DNA of 64,000 nt from Klebsormidium nitens (taxonomy: Eukaryota; Plantae; Klebsormidiophyceae): positions 93,667 to 157,666 of the forward strand of contig DF237025.1 of assembly GCA_000708835.1 (NCBI GenBank), in the 5' to 3' direction. Below the pieces are notes generated by a model. The model ran no database searches. It saw only the letters and a list, made by a program, of their open reading frames with translations, and was not told where the DNA came from. A program made the translations under genes and the position numbers. Position 1 is the first letter of the stretch; each line of letters begins with the position of its first letter. Shown here piece after piece: positions 49,201 to 60,500 of this stretch.

Positions 49201-52200
49201 GGATGGGCTGGCGCAGCAGGTGGTGCAGGCGGAGCAGCGGTGGGCCGCAGCCCGGGATGAGGCCTCGAGAGTCAAGGAGGAGCGGGGGGCGTTGCAGCGG
49301 GAGCTGGATGAGGTCAAAAAGTGAGCCTTAGAGTTCCCGAAACCCCCAGGTCTGCGAGGAAATGGATGTCGAGAGTAGGCTGGGAAAGGAGTCGAAGCTA
49401 TTCTGGTTTCTTCGACAAGTTAATGCCGACTGAGTTTTGTCACAATAGGACCCGGGAGCCGCAGTAATGGTGGCAAGCGCTTCCGCTAGCTTTTCGGGTA
49501 GGTCAATCAGTCGTCGCGCCCCGCTCACGCTACCTGAGTGACCCGTTTTCTTGACGAACTCGTGACGTGGTGAGTTTCCTACTCTAGTTGCTGTAGAAAT
49601 TGAGACGGGTTGCGAGCGTTCCGCTTGTCGAACATAGCTCCATCCGTCAGCCTGCTGCCGAAGAGAGAAGATGTGCGTCTCTTGATGTGTTCTGCGTGTC
49701 GAGCCCACTGTTCCTTCAGTATCTTCCGCGCGAGACTTAGACTTTCTTACTCTCCAACCTTCTCTCGGTTTCCAGGCGGCTGAACCAGTCCGAACGCCAG
49801 CGGACGTCCGCCGAGGCGGAGCTGCGGACGGCAACGGCGAAATTGGACGAGGCTTCAGCGCGGCTCTCGGAGACATCGCTGCGGCGGGAAGCTCTCGAGG
49901 GGACGGCGCGGCGACTGGAAGAGGAACTAGAGAAGGAGCAGCAGCGGGCCGCGGAGTCGCGGCAGAGTCACGAGCGGGAACGGAACACGCTGAATCAAGT
50001 ACGGGGGTCTGGATCAATTGTTGTTTGGGATTGAGACGAGGCTCTTAGAATTTGATGCGATCCTGAGTGTGGTAATTGTTGAAATTCAAAAGACGTGCAA
50101 CGCGCAAGAACGTGGACAGGAGTGAGCTGAGACAGGTTGGAACGCAAAGATGAATGCTGTCTGTTACAACTCAATTGGGGCGGGCTCAAGCGCATTGGGG
50201 TTGGACGACTTTGTGCGCAACGATTGAGATGGCGTTCTGTCGCCGACTTCCCTGAAGAGACGTGTTGAGAAATTGGTCAACGTGGTTGCAGGAGGCGACA
50301 CAGACCACTAACAGGAGAACCATCAGGTCGCCGCGGCTTTACAGGTGTTACCCTCAGAAAAACGAACCGCAACGTTTTGAATACTTATAACCCCAATAAT
50401 TGTCATTGCAGGTGACACACGAGCCCGCGACGGAAAGAATAGGCTCCCTGAAACTAGAGATGATAGTGGCAGAACGCCGGATATACGCAAACCTCAAAGC
50501 ATGCTTTACTAAAAGATTTCAAAAACTGTGGAACCCGGTCGATTCAGGTGGCCCACGAGCGCGTCGCTGCCGGTGAAGCTGGAGAGGACGGTCGGAGTGC
50601 AGTGCCAAAAATTTGGAACCTTGAGAGGTTGTTGATTGAGAATCTAAATCGGAAGATTTTAACCCCTTGACTCGAACACCATGAAAGAAGGGAGCGTCAA
50701 TTCTTTCAGGTGGCCCACGAGCGCGTGCCGAGAAGGAGGCGCTGCGGGAGAAGCTGGAGGCGACGGCGGAGTGTGATCCAGAGGTCTCAATTATTTTGAC
50801 ATCGTAATCCAAAGAGTCATTCCAGGATCACAGAGCATGCTGAGAAGAATATCCTGAAATACTGACGTCGTCGTTCCAGGTGGCCCATGAGCGCGCGGCG
50901 GAGAAGGAGGCGCTGTGGGTGAAGCTGGAGGCGACGGGCACGCGCAACTCCAAACGTCCACAATTTCCAAAGCCTCTTAACTCGGATCCCTGAGTTTTTG
51001 GAAAGACCAAAACCTTATGGTTTTAGGTGGCCCACGAGCGTGCGGCGGAGAAGGAGGCGCTGCGGGTGAAGCTGGAGGCAACAGCGCAATGCCAGACCCA
51101 AAGCTCAAGACATGCTAATCGACCTTCTACATCCCACAACGCAAATCATGTTCTTGAATTGCATAAATCCAACTCGTTCAGGTGGCCCACGAGCGCGCGG
51201 CAGAGAAGGAGGCGCTGCGGGTGAAGCTGGAGGCGACGGGCGCGCGCAACGACCAGCTGCAGGAGACCGTGAGCACGCTGACGCGCGAGCTCGCGGACAG
51301 CCGCGCGCAGGTCGACGACGCGCGCGCGCAGGGGGAGAGCCACCGGGCCGCACTGACGCAGGCCAAGACGGAGAAGGTGCAGGTAAGGGGCAGAGAGTTA
51401 GGAAAACGTGACATCTAGCGGCGCTCGTGTTGCTTGACTAAGGGGGTGGTGGAATGCGCTTGCTGTAAATACCCTGTCCAGCTTTCGCGCGGATGATTGT
51501 TAGCGGACTGAGCACGTGATTGTATTTGATTCGATGGTGAAGGTGAAGGGATGCGTGGGTCGTAGCGTGCAGGAACTAGAGGAGCGAGTTCGTTGTCGTC
51601 AGGTGTTTCTCCGAACCCAGGGCCTTGCCGAGGGCCGGGCAGCCCGGTAAAGCGCAAGTGGTTGGTCTAGTTTTGTCGGCCATCTTACACAGCCCAGAAG
51701 TCGCCCGACTACGGAGGTCTCAAATATGAAAAGAGCTACCCAACTTTGAAACAAAAGTCTCCAGTCCGAGAACGAACCAACGCATCCGTCCAGTCAAAAC
51801 AGATCAATCGGTTTCTCGAAAGTCCAACGAACCAGAGCAGTCCAAACATCGAAGGTCCGAACCATCGAAAATCTCAGTTCCGGCCAAATGAAAGCAATTC
51901 AAATTTCGAAAGTCCAAACCCGCGAAAAGCTCAATTTCCTGAACTCGGTGTTATTTCTGCCCGTGCAGCTGGAGGCCGCCAAGGACGCCGCCGAGAAGAC
52001 GTGCGCGGCGCTCTCCGCGGAGGTCGGGCGCCTGCGCGCGCACAGCGACAAGATCGAGGCGGAGGAGGGGCGGCTCCGCACTGCGCTGGTGCAGGCGCAG
52101 GGCCAAAATGAGTCGCTCCAAGTCGAGCTGCGACGCGCGCAGTCGGACGCGGCGCGGTTCAAGGACGAGACGGAGCGGCTGCGGTCGGACGTCCGAGAGC

Positions 52201-52609
52201 ATCAGGTTTGTGGCAAGCCTAATTGTTCGAGACCATATCATGGGGTCGTTGATGCTAGAGTTTAACGATGTGGATACGGGTTTGGAAGCAGGTTGAGGTG
52301 CTGAACGTAGCGCGTTCTATTGTTCATTCGTTTTCTCAGAGCTTGTTCCTGCGCACCGGGGTAACAGGCCGTAGGACGTATTGTCAACTTCAGCCAATGC
52401 CATGACGTCCCTTGAAAAGGTCACACAGAAGCTTTTTGGTATTAACGTTCTCAAAGCCTTCGGATCGGATACAGGAGATGGCGCAGAAGGTGGAGGGGGA
52501 GGCGCGCCAGCTGGCGGAGCATGCGGCCCAGATTCGGGCACTGGCGAACCGGCAGCTGCGTCTGCAGCCCCGCGATCCGGGACTGGGACGGATGTCGGAA
52601 CATGGATAG
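46260..52609 (+). CDS. Kelch-repeat beta-propeller + low-complexity linker + coiled-coil protein, 8 exons, ~977 aa; start uncertain
   Basis: Exons 46260-46424, 46769-46893, 47191-47689, 47972-49320, 49776-49998, 51182-51382, 51969-52205, 52475-52609 join in frame. Six kelch blades: RLGHTAT..YVMGG, RAYSTAT..WVVGG, AAHGA..LLFGG, LGYHTFT..FSFGG, RSGHSA..LVYGG, RSAHTL..YVFGG. Heptad-rich C-terminus. Confidence 0.85.
50412..51181 (+). repeat. Decaying tandem array of the kelch-gene exon-6 acceptor + exon start (5 copies, possibly a 6th at ~50292)
   Basis: Variants of ag|gtggcccacgagcgcgcggcagagaaggaggcgctgcgggtgaagctggaggcgacgg start at 50412, 50548, 50710, 50880, 51027; real exon at 51182. Confidence 0.92.
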
Positions 52610-53655
52610 GCGGGAAGAAAGGAGGGGGGATATGCAGTCTTAGTTGCCGATATTGAAAGACTTCTGTACGTCCTGGAGATGCTTGGTGTGCATGCAGCAT
52701 GTCAAGGTATTTCAGTCGACTTGGGCATGGTCCCATAACTGCTGCAGGTATACTTCAGTTCAAAACTCTATTATGAAACCTCGGATCGAGTTGGTAGATA
52801 TCGAGGTACTTTTTGGACATTGACATTGACACTACGTTATGCTTTGACTATGCATTGGTCGGGATTGGAAACTGCACTATCCACGTAAGTCTGGCTGGGT
52901 TATGAAAGATTGGTGGGCGTCAAAAGCTCTTTCGTTGAGGGTTTGAGACCCGACTCCCTTGGTATTTGAACCCAGTGCGATCCAGTACAAAAGACTCGTT
53001 CCTCGATCTGGTTACGTATAGGACCTTCAATGGTCCAGAACGTGACCCCAGGATTGTGATCACGGCGGAGCCCGAAAAATCTCGGGTATAAAATGACCAA
53101 CTCATGCTTGAGGGGATTTAACATGATTGTCAAGGTCGAGATGACCTGGCACACCTCTTTACATCCCTATAGCATGTGACTTAACCTGTTTCAATAATCA
53201 ACTCAAAGTGCGCTGCGTAAAAAAGTATGCGTGGCACATGGACACTAAAATCTAGTGCCTTTGTTCTCCGGCAATCATATGACCTCTACTCAAAGGGCTT
53301 AACATATGACACATGAGTGGCAAAAGTAGCCTGTTAAATCTTGAGCTTGATCTGCTCATTTTGGATCGGCCCACCTGACCATCGTGACTGTGATGGTCTC
53401 CTTTCCAACGCCGTAGGCCATAGGCCATATAAAAGCTTCCAGAGCCTGAGTGCCCTCAGCCCTGTGCAGGGCCGGATGGTCTCTTTCCGTACGCCATGAT
53501 GGGTACTTCCACCTGGTACTTATTACAGACTTTACACGTGGTAACACTTCCTTGTGACAATTGGCATCGGCGTACGGCATTTGACTCGTCGCCAACAAAA
53601 GCCCGGCGACAGCTGATGATGATCAGCAGTTGCCAGCCCGGCGGCCCCGGCCCAG

Positions 53656-53730
53656 CCCTGGCCCGGGGCCTGGGCCTGAGCCCTCTACAGACTACAATGT
53701 AGAAACCTAGGCCCAGGGCCAGGGCCAGGG
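53656..53730. repeat. Imperfect GC-rich inverted repeat / hairpin
   Basis: Left arm ccctggcccggggcctgggcctgag (53656-53680) versus reverse complement of 53707-53730 ccctggccctggccctgggcctag. Inner tctaca/tgtaga pair at 53684-53689 and 53698-53703. Confidence 0.75.
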
Positions 53731-54245
53731 ATACCGTATCCTACTGCTCAAAGGGAGAGAGTCACCAGACTGATGTGAGGCTGCCTGGCCCGCGCTGGAG
53801 TCTACCTACCACAGAACTGCTACAGCGAGGTCTACATTTTACAGGGACTCGGATGTCTTGGACATTGTATAGAAGTCCTTCAACCGAGAAAGTGGTCCTG
53901 TAAGTTTCAAGAGCCGCAGAAGGAAGCTAGCTTGAAGTAGGAAGAGTCGAACGTATTCGGCTTAGCACAGGAGAAGCATTGAATGCCAGACAATATTAGA
54001 TTCTTGCAATTTCAGAAAGACTCAGGGCAGTCTCAATCAGTCAGTTGTATGCAGGGGCCACTGGCCAGCCCGGCGCAAAGACTGTGCGCACAAGAAAGAA
54101 AGCCAAAGGATGCAAAGGAGGGACTGTAATAAGCTTTGCTAAATCTGCAATGCTGCCCAGGTCACTCAGCTAGGATGGTCATGAGCTCCCTATTAGCACA
54201 TATGTGACTACGTCCTGGCTATATGGCAACTTGCGCTGCAGGTGT

Positions 54246-56054
54246 TTAACTTGGTGACTCATCAATGTCTTGGAGCCTTTTGTAAGACGCGATCATGCTG
54301 CTGGCCGCAATGCTGCAATCCAAGACCAGCTTGCAGCCGCTGGTAGTAATGATGCTGATGTGGCTGGCATGTTGTGCCCTCCTCCCAACACAGGCGCAAG
54401 GTAATCCAACCGCCCTGATCTTACAGTCTTTCGTGCATATCCAACCACAAGTCACAGCAAATCCTATCCTTACCAGCTCGTCCCAGACAAGCACCAACAG
54501 TGATGCAGTGAGGTATTTGCCATTCGACCTTGCATCCTCCTTGAAGGCTTTCTCTTTCTTTGGACATCCATCTGCTTTCACTTTTTCGTCGAAGTCTATC
54601 CCGTCTATTAGGTATTTCTCACGTTTTTTCGTCGAAGTCTGTATCTGGCTTATTCGCTCATCTAAATGAGAGACCAGGCTATGTATAGATGGCATGTAAT
54701 ATCTGCATCAGATTGATTATTCTTAACCCATTCTTAAACTCTCACCATGATGAGGCTGGATTGTTAAGCACATGCCTCTTCAGATATGAGTCACTTGCCC
54801 TTTCTTTCTTTGAACGGTAGTGCGATTGCATGCTCCCTCTCGGGAGTTTGGAATCTTCTGTCTCTTTCTCACTGATCTCTAAAAACTTATTATAAACTGA
54901 CTTCTTAAGATGAGTGTGGAACTGTATATCTTGCGTTGTTCCAGAAAAACCCTCTAAGAAAGTGCATTTTCGTTTGTAGCACAAGTGCTTCTAGATGACC
55001 AAGGGTCCTTGTGCCCCTTACTCTTGAAGTCCAGCGACATAAACGACACTGTCATAGCTTGTGCTAGAGGTAAGTTGTCCTATCAATTACCATGCATTCC
55101 TAGTAAGGGGCTGAAGGAGAGCACTGTTTGCCGCTCCTTGGTGCGTGACGGTATAGCTACATTCCGGAAGAAATGTTTGCATCGTCCCATGTTTCCAAAA
55201 GGTCACCTCATGCTTCCGATGTTTGATGCATATGTAAGGTCACTCTATCTATATTGGAAAAATCCATCTCTGATCAGGGAAAGAACACTTCAAAGACCGT
55301 GATACTTTCCCAACTTCTCAAAGGGAGTACTAGTAGGCTTTTGGCTTGTTTCTGAAGTCCATCTCGGGCCTGGTGGCTTGTGACAAGGCAAGTACAAGCA
55401 ATAGTCAGGAGTATAACTTTTCCGAGATCCAAGGGAAGAGCAGAATTTTCTTAGTGCACTTGGAGGCAACGCTTATATCAACACTGATTTAGCTGAGCTG
55501 AGCTTTTGCACCATGAAAATGAAAGAGAGGTTCCTTGAGCCCAGGCCGTTTCCTTTCAATTGTCTCAAAGGTTGACATAAAGGTCTCAACTGAGTACATG
55601 TTCCTTAAAGCTTGCCAATGTATTGGACAATCTTCCTAGGAATCTCTTTGGCTGGACCTTGCAGGGAGCGATCCCAGCAGCTTGGTCTACAATGTTCCTT
55701 GCTGCACGCGGGTTGCTGGTCTACTGTATCAAAGCTGGGTAAGACGAAATCTTACTGGAAGTCTCTCAGAAGCTTGTTGCATCAAACTCTTGACGTTGAA
55801 AGTACGAGCGGTCAGACTGCTTCTCAAAACGGATGATGCTTAGTTGCTCGTCAGTGCTGTTGTTAATCTTGTGACTTGATTCGCAGGTCCGTTGGGCAAA
55901 CACTACTGATCAGCTCCTTATGACCCAAGAAGCAGCTTTGCAATGCACTGAGGTCAGTTTCTTGAACGCTTCTATGAACCGGAATTTGGGACTGTCCAAA
56001 TAACTGAGTCATCCTGTGTCCATCAAATAGAGAGAGTCGGTAATTGTTTTTCAT
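54246..56054 (-). mobile_element. Decayed Mutator-like (MULE) transposase remnant
   Basis: Ordered minus-strand motifs with stops and frameshifts: MDFRNKPKAY*YSL*EVGKV (~55362; cf. MULE MDxTYKTNxYxxPLxEIVGV), MVIDR (~55090; cf. IVTDR), RLCRW (~55040; cf. LLCxWH), CKIRAVGLPCAC (~54400; cf. SWIM-like GLPCAC). Spacing is compatible with a MULE transposase. No TIRs found; boundaries approximate. Confidence 0.55.
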
Positions 56055-56423
56055 GGGGAAGCCGCCTAGATTTGTTCCACCAGAAGTAAAGTGGAGATGA
56101 GCTTGCTATTTTTGGGATGCTCCGTGCGACACCAAACCCTCCAGATTGAAGCTTAGCTTCTGAGTCCTACATTCTGGAGGCTTCAACAGTCATTCTGAAA
56201 CTTGCTACGAGAGTGCTACTTCTTGGATTCATGTTTCTGTGGCTTTTGGCAGATTGAAAAGTTGACCGAGACTCCAAGCACAGTGACCATCCACAGGAGT
56301 TGCAGCACTCTGTTGCAGCACTTTTACAAAGTAGGTCCGTCCTCAGATCGTCACGATGTCAGATCGAACATATTCACGAGCGAGCTTGGCCAGCGAAAAT
56401 GGATATTTTGAAACATTTTGCAG

Positions 56424-57076
56424 CTTCTTACGACAACGCTCATGAGGGCCGGCATACTGCCCAGTCAACTCGCAAAATGCAACAATAAGACGCTGAGCCT
56501 GTACCGCCAGTCTTGCGGAGAGAACTTGACCACGGTAGAAGCTTTCAAGCGTGCTGCAAATTACTCATATCCAGGTGAGGTTGACGACTGGGTTGGAAGC
56601 CTGTGCAAGATGACGTTTATGAATACCTCTTGCACGCCAAAATCGTTCGATATACCATCCGCGAAGGCTTATTCGGCTCATAGTAACCTACTCTTTGTTC
56701 CAAGATTTTCGGGCATCAGCGTACTAAAAATTTCTGTCAAGAAAGAAAATGTTAGACGGAAGCCTTAAAGCGTAGAACTTCGCTTACTGCTTGCAGCTAC
56801 TAGGAGATTCGATGAGTGCTGCCGCACTTCTGCTTGAATTGCACGAATTGGCTTCGATGCTGGTTCCCTCTGCCACGGATATGGTGACTAAGTGGATCTG
56901 CTGGGAACAGGCTAAGGTTCAACTGAACGTGTCTTGCTTTATAGGGGCTGCGGTGGCAGCATGCTGGAATCAGCCGGATTGCACGGGCTGTAAGGTTGCA
57001 ATGACCAACAAAATAGCTTCTCTGAGTCGAAGCGCCAGCATCAATGGGTCCCTCATCGCGACAGACGAATGTCAAG
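56424..57076 (+). CDS. Upstream exons encoding the C-terminal part of a first SPARK-like Cys-rich domain, in frame with the RLK
   Basis: Exon ending 56574 (ccag|gtgagg) and exon 56945-57076 (ctgaac..gtcttgctttatag| to caag|gtacac) splice in phase 1 to the acceptor at 57526. Joined product: [51 protein letters not shown]. The part 5' of 56424 is not resolvable. Confidence 0.6.
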
Positions 57077-57503
57077 GTACACTTCTGGTCATTTCCAGCT
57101 CATCCAAGTTTTGTCACTACCAATCATCGGCCTTCGACCCTAGCCTGGAACCTGCAAGTTGAAAGGAAACAATCGATTGACGTCTCTTTAATCCAGCAGA
57201 AATAAGCTCCAGCAAAAGTACGCTCCTACACTAACACTGAAAACCTAACCCACATAATTACCTGCTCCGCACTAGTACCCACCCTCAACCCCCCCAGCTT
57301 ATCTAACCCGTCCCAGGCTGGTCTGCTTGCTATTGCTGAAGCTTACTTTTGCTAAATGGAAGTTTCGTGTCGGATTGTTCTTGATGATGAAAAGGCGCTT
57401 GCATCAGATAATTTACGCCAAACTGGCAACGAAGTGGCATCTGAAGATTCGGGTTTTCTTGACTGGATTTATCAGTGACTTTGACCTCGAAGTTTGAGAT
57501 GTA

Positions 57504-60500
57504 ATGCTTGTTTGCAGTCTTGCAGAGCTAGCTTCGGTGGCGTTGGTGGCCGCCGCATACCCGCTCGTTCTTGCAAACAGTATAGCGCAGTGTCTCTGGA
57601 ACAGCCCCGTTGATTACCTCCCACAATCAACCACCTGTACAACCCAGGACTTCTTCAACGTGGATTACACAGCAGCTTACAAGTGCGTTGTTCCCGCTCC
57701 CTTGCTCTTCCTTCGCCCTCGTGCTTTTGGAATCACGTAATGCCGATCATAAAACTCGGCTTTCTTGGCAGGAGCGCCTGTTTTGTCCACTCACGACAAA
57801 CGGGAGCTGGGTTCGGCTCCTCGTAACGAAGTTGCATTTGGTTAGATCTATCTTAGACGTGCTGAGCTTTGATTAAGGGGACCTCCAAGCAAGCCGTTTT
57901 CTGCTCATTGAGAAGGATACTTTTCGGTGCATTCAAATAATCGGGGACTTGAGCGGGGGTGAATCTTCGAAGGGCTGGAACCGCTCCCTTTCCTGCTTTC
58001 GCGGGACTGTCATGTGCTTATGAAGTGCATTTCCATGCCTTCCCATGTAAAGTGCAATTGCAGACGGGGTAAGCAGATTAGTTCAGAACCTCCTTGCTTG
58101 TTGTGTTGCAGGGCTTGCGGGGCACCAAAAGTTCATGGTGATCGATGCTGTGATATACTTTTTGCAATGCAAGGCCAGGTCTTCTACGCATGGTCGAATA
58201 AGACAGGCCTGATTGAATATCAGGCAAGCATCGGATCCAATCCTGTTCTGTCAAGTCTCTCTTGATCTTTGATATCGAGTAGATCTCAGACACTTTTCTT
58301 CACTTTCACTCCTTTATATTACCTACCAGCCAGATTGACCCCACGGAAACTTTCTAACAGAATGAAAGGCTTGCAACTTCGCTGTTGAAGGCCCGGACAC
58401 TACGTATTAGCCGAAATGCAGAAGACCATTGATCTGGCGGACAACTTGCTTATAAGGCGTTCAGTAGGGGACTCGTCCGATACCTGCAGATTCAATGCAT
58501 TGTTGCCCTGAATTTGATCAATCGAGTGCACGACATCGAAATCAATAAGAAGCAAATGCCTAGGCTTGCAGATTCTGAGTAATCTCATTGCGCAAGGCTC
58601 TAAAATTGGTTTACCTTTGCAGACTGAGGTGGACGCCTGCATCGCATCATATCGAGTCGCACTGGCCGTACACGGTCTTCCCGGCTCTCTTATCGACCAG
58701 TGCAAAATATCTAGTTTCATTCCGTTGCTTGCGTTGAGGTGCAGCAATTACACGAGAACTCTCCCAAAAGAAGCTCTGGATCGGACAGAGGCTGCCTGCG
58801 CACCGGGTCACTGTAACATGGCAGGAGACTGCACGGACGTCCTTCTTCAGACTTCGCAAGCGTTGAGGAAGCTAGAAGGCAGCGAGTCCCCACTCGATCA
58901 ATTGACATGCATCCTCTTCCTGACGTCCGTCGCTTGGCCGCAGTATGGCTCACAAGGGGCCGTTGATAGACTCAACTGTTATTACGACCTTCCGCCAGAA
59001 ATACAAGTCGCTTTAGCGCCGGTTTCTGTAAATCAAACCGTGGGGATGACAATAGTGCAGCCCGGCAAGAGAAAAGAGTCTAGCAAAGTGCCGCTTATCG
59101 TTTCGCTGGTGGCAGGCGTAGTGGTGCTGATCATGGTCCTCGGTTGCGCCTGGTGGTTTTGCCGGATCAGAAGCTCCGTTCGAAAGTCCCATGAGCGCGA
59201 GCTGTTTGCAGCTCGAGCTGCTTCGCTCGGAGGCACCGAGCAGGTGACCTGGTTTTCCTTCTCGGAGCTGCGCACTGCGACCCAAAACTTCTCTGACAAG
59301 CAGTTGCTTGGAAGAGGGGGCTCGGGCAAGGTCTATCTGGGTAGGCTTTCAAGCGGACTTTTAGTCGCCGTAAAGGACATCATGAAACCGTCCAAGCCGG
59401 GGGCAGTAGAGGTGAGCAAAAGAGCATGGCTTCAAGTACAGAACTTCGCTTTGTCCTTGCCGGAAGCACCTCAGCTCCGTTTTCTGCTGAGTGTCATTGC
59501 AGAACAACAGAGAACGAAGGTTCCAAACTCAGGTTCAGCTTTGCATGGCTTTCGTGGTAGGCTTCTGATGTGACACCTGTTTTGTGAAGAGAAGTAGAAC
59601 GGGCAAACCTTTTGTGCACAACATGTGTGGGATCGAGGTCAAGAATTTCGATGCTTCCAAGTGCGATAACAGGCTGGACACTTGTCAGCACTAGCTTCAT
59701 GATTGCCAAAACTTAGCGGCCTTTTTTAGGGTTTTAGGTTTTACGCTTTTAGGTTTTAGGTTGTCCCTATCTGTCACCCCTTTGCTGGCACGTACTGACA
59801 ACGCATTGCATTCTCAGTTCGAGTTGCGGGTAAGACACTCCAATCAACTTATGCAGGAGTTTATAACGGAGGTCGTCTCTATGGTTTCCTGTCGCCATCG
59901 TCACATCGTCGCTCCGAGGGGCGTTCATGCCTCGGAAGACCGCTGCATGCTAGTGTACGAGTACGTGCCAAAGGGTTCTCTCGAAGATCACCTGTTTCCG
60001 CCGCGAGGTGACAGCGTTTTCAAATCCCAAGCGAGGATCTTCTTAGGCTGGCCACAGCGGATTAGAATAGCGGTTGGGACTGCAAAGGGACTGGCATTTT
60101 TGCACGAGGTGAGCCTCATTCTGCTTGCATTGGTATGCATTGCGCTGGTCGTCGAAAGAACGTGTTTTCCACAAATCCTTCACTGTGCGAGCTTAGGTCA
60201 GTAAGTTCAATGTCTGAGCCACGTTTCCTCACGCCCTACGAGTTACACCGCCTGCTGATTCCATCGCTCGAGCATCGTTGGTTGTCCGTTTGAGTTGTTT
60301 GCGAAATCGACCAACTGAGTCATTGTGGCTTTCTTTTCCAGGACTGCAATCCTAGGATAATACACAGGTGAGGCTGTCAATCAACCTCCTTTGAACCATT
60401 TCATCAAGAAGGAATCTGAACCTATAGCTTGATCTTTGGGGTGAAGTGCTTTGCAAATGTCAGACTGCGAGCAACATAGTGTAAGACGAGAATTAATTGA

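Noticed and set aside
48327-50017. Long Pro/Arg-rich antisense and off-frame ORFs over GC-rich exons (also over AMT2, MMT, IFT88)
   Set aside because: Shadow ORFs caused by GC-rich codon usage of the real genes.
54295-54669. Plus-strand ORF with signal-peptide-like stretch and GTAATC donor at 54401, as a possible first exon of the RLK
   Set aside because: It is antisense to the MULE GLPCAC motif, and no in-frame path to 56424 could be built. Not excluded without cDNA.
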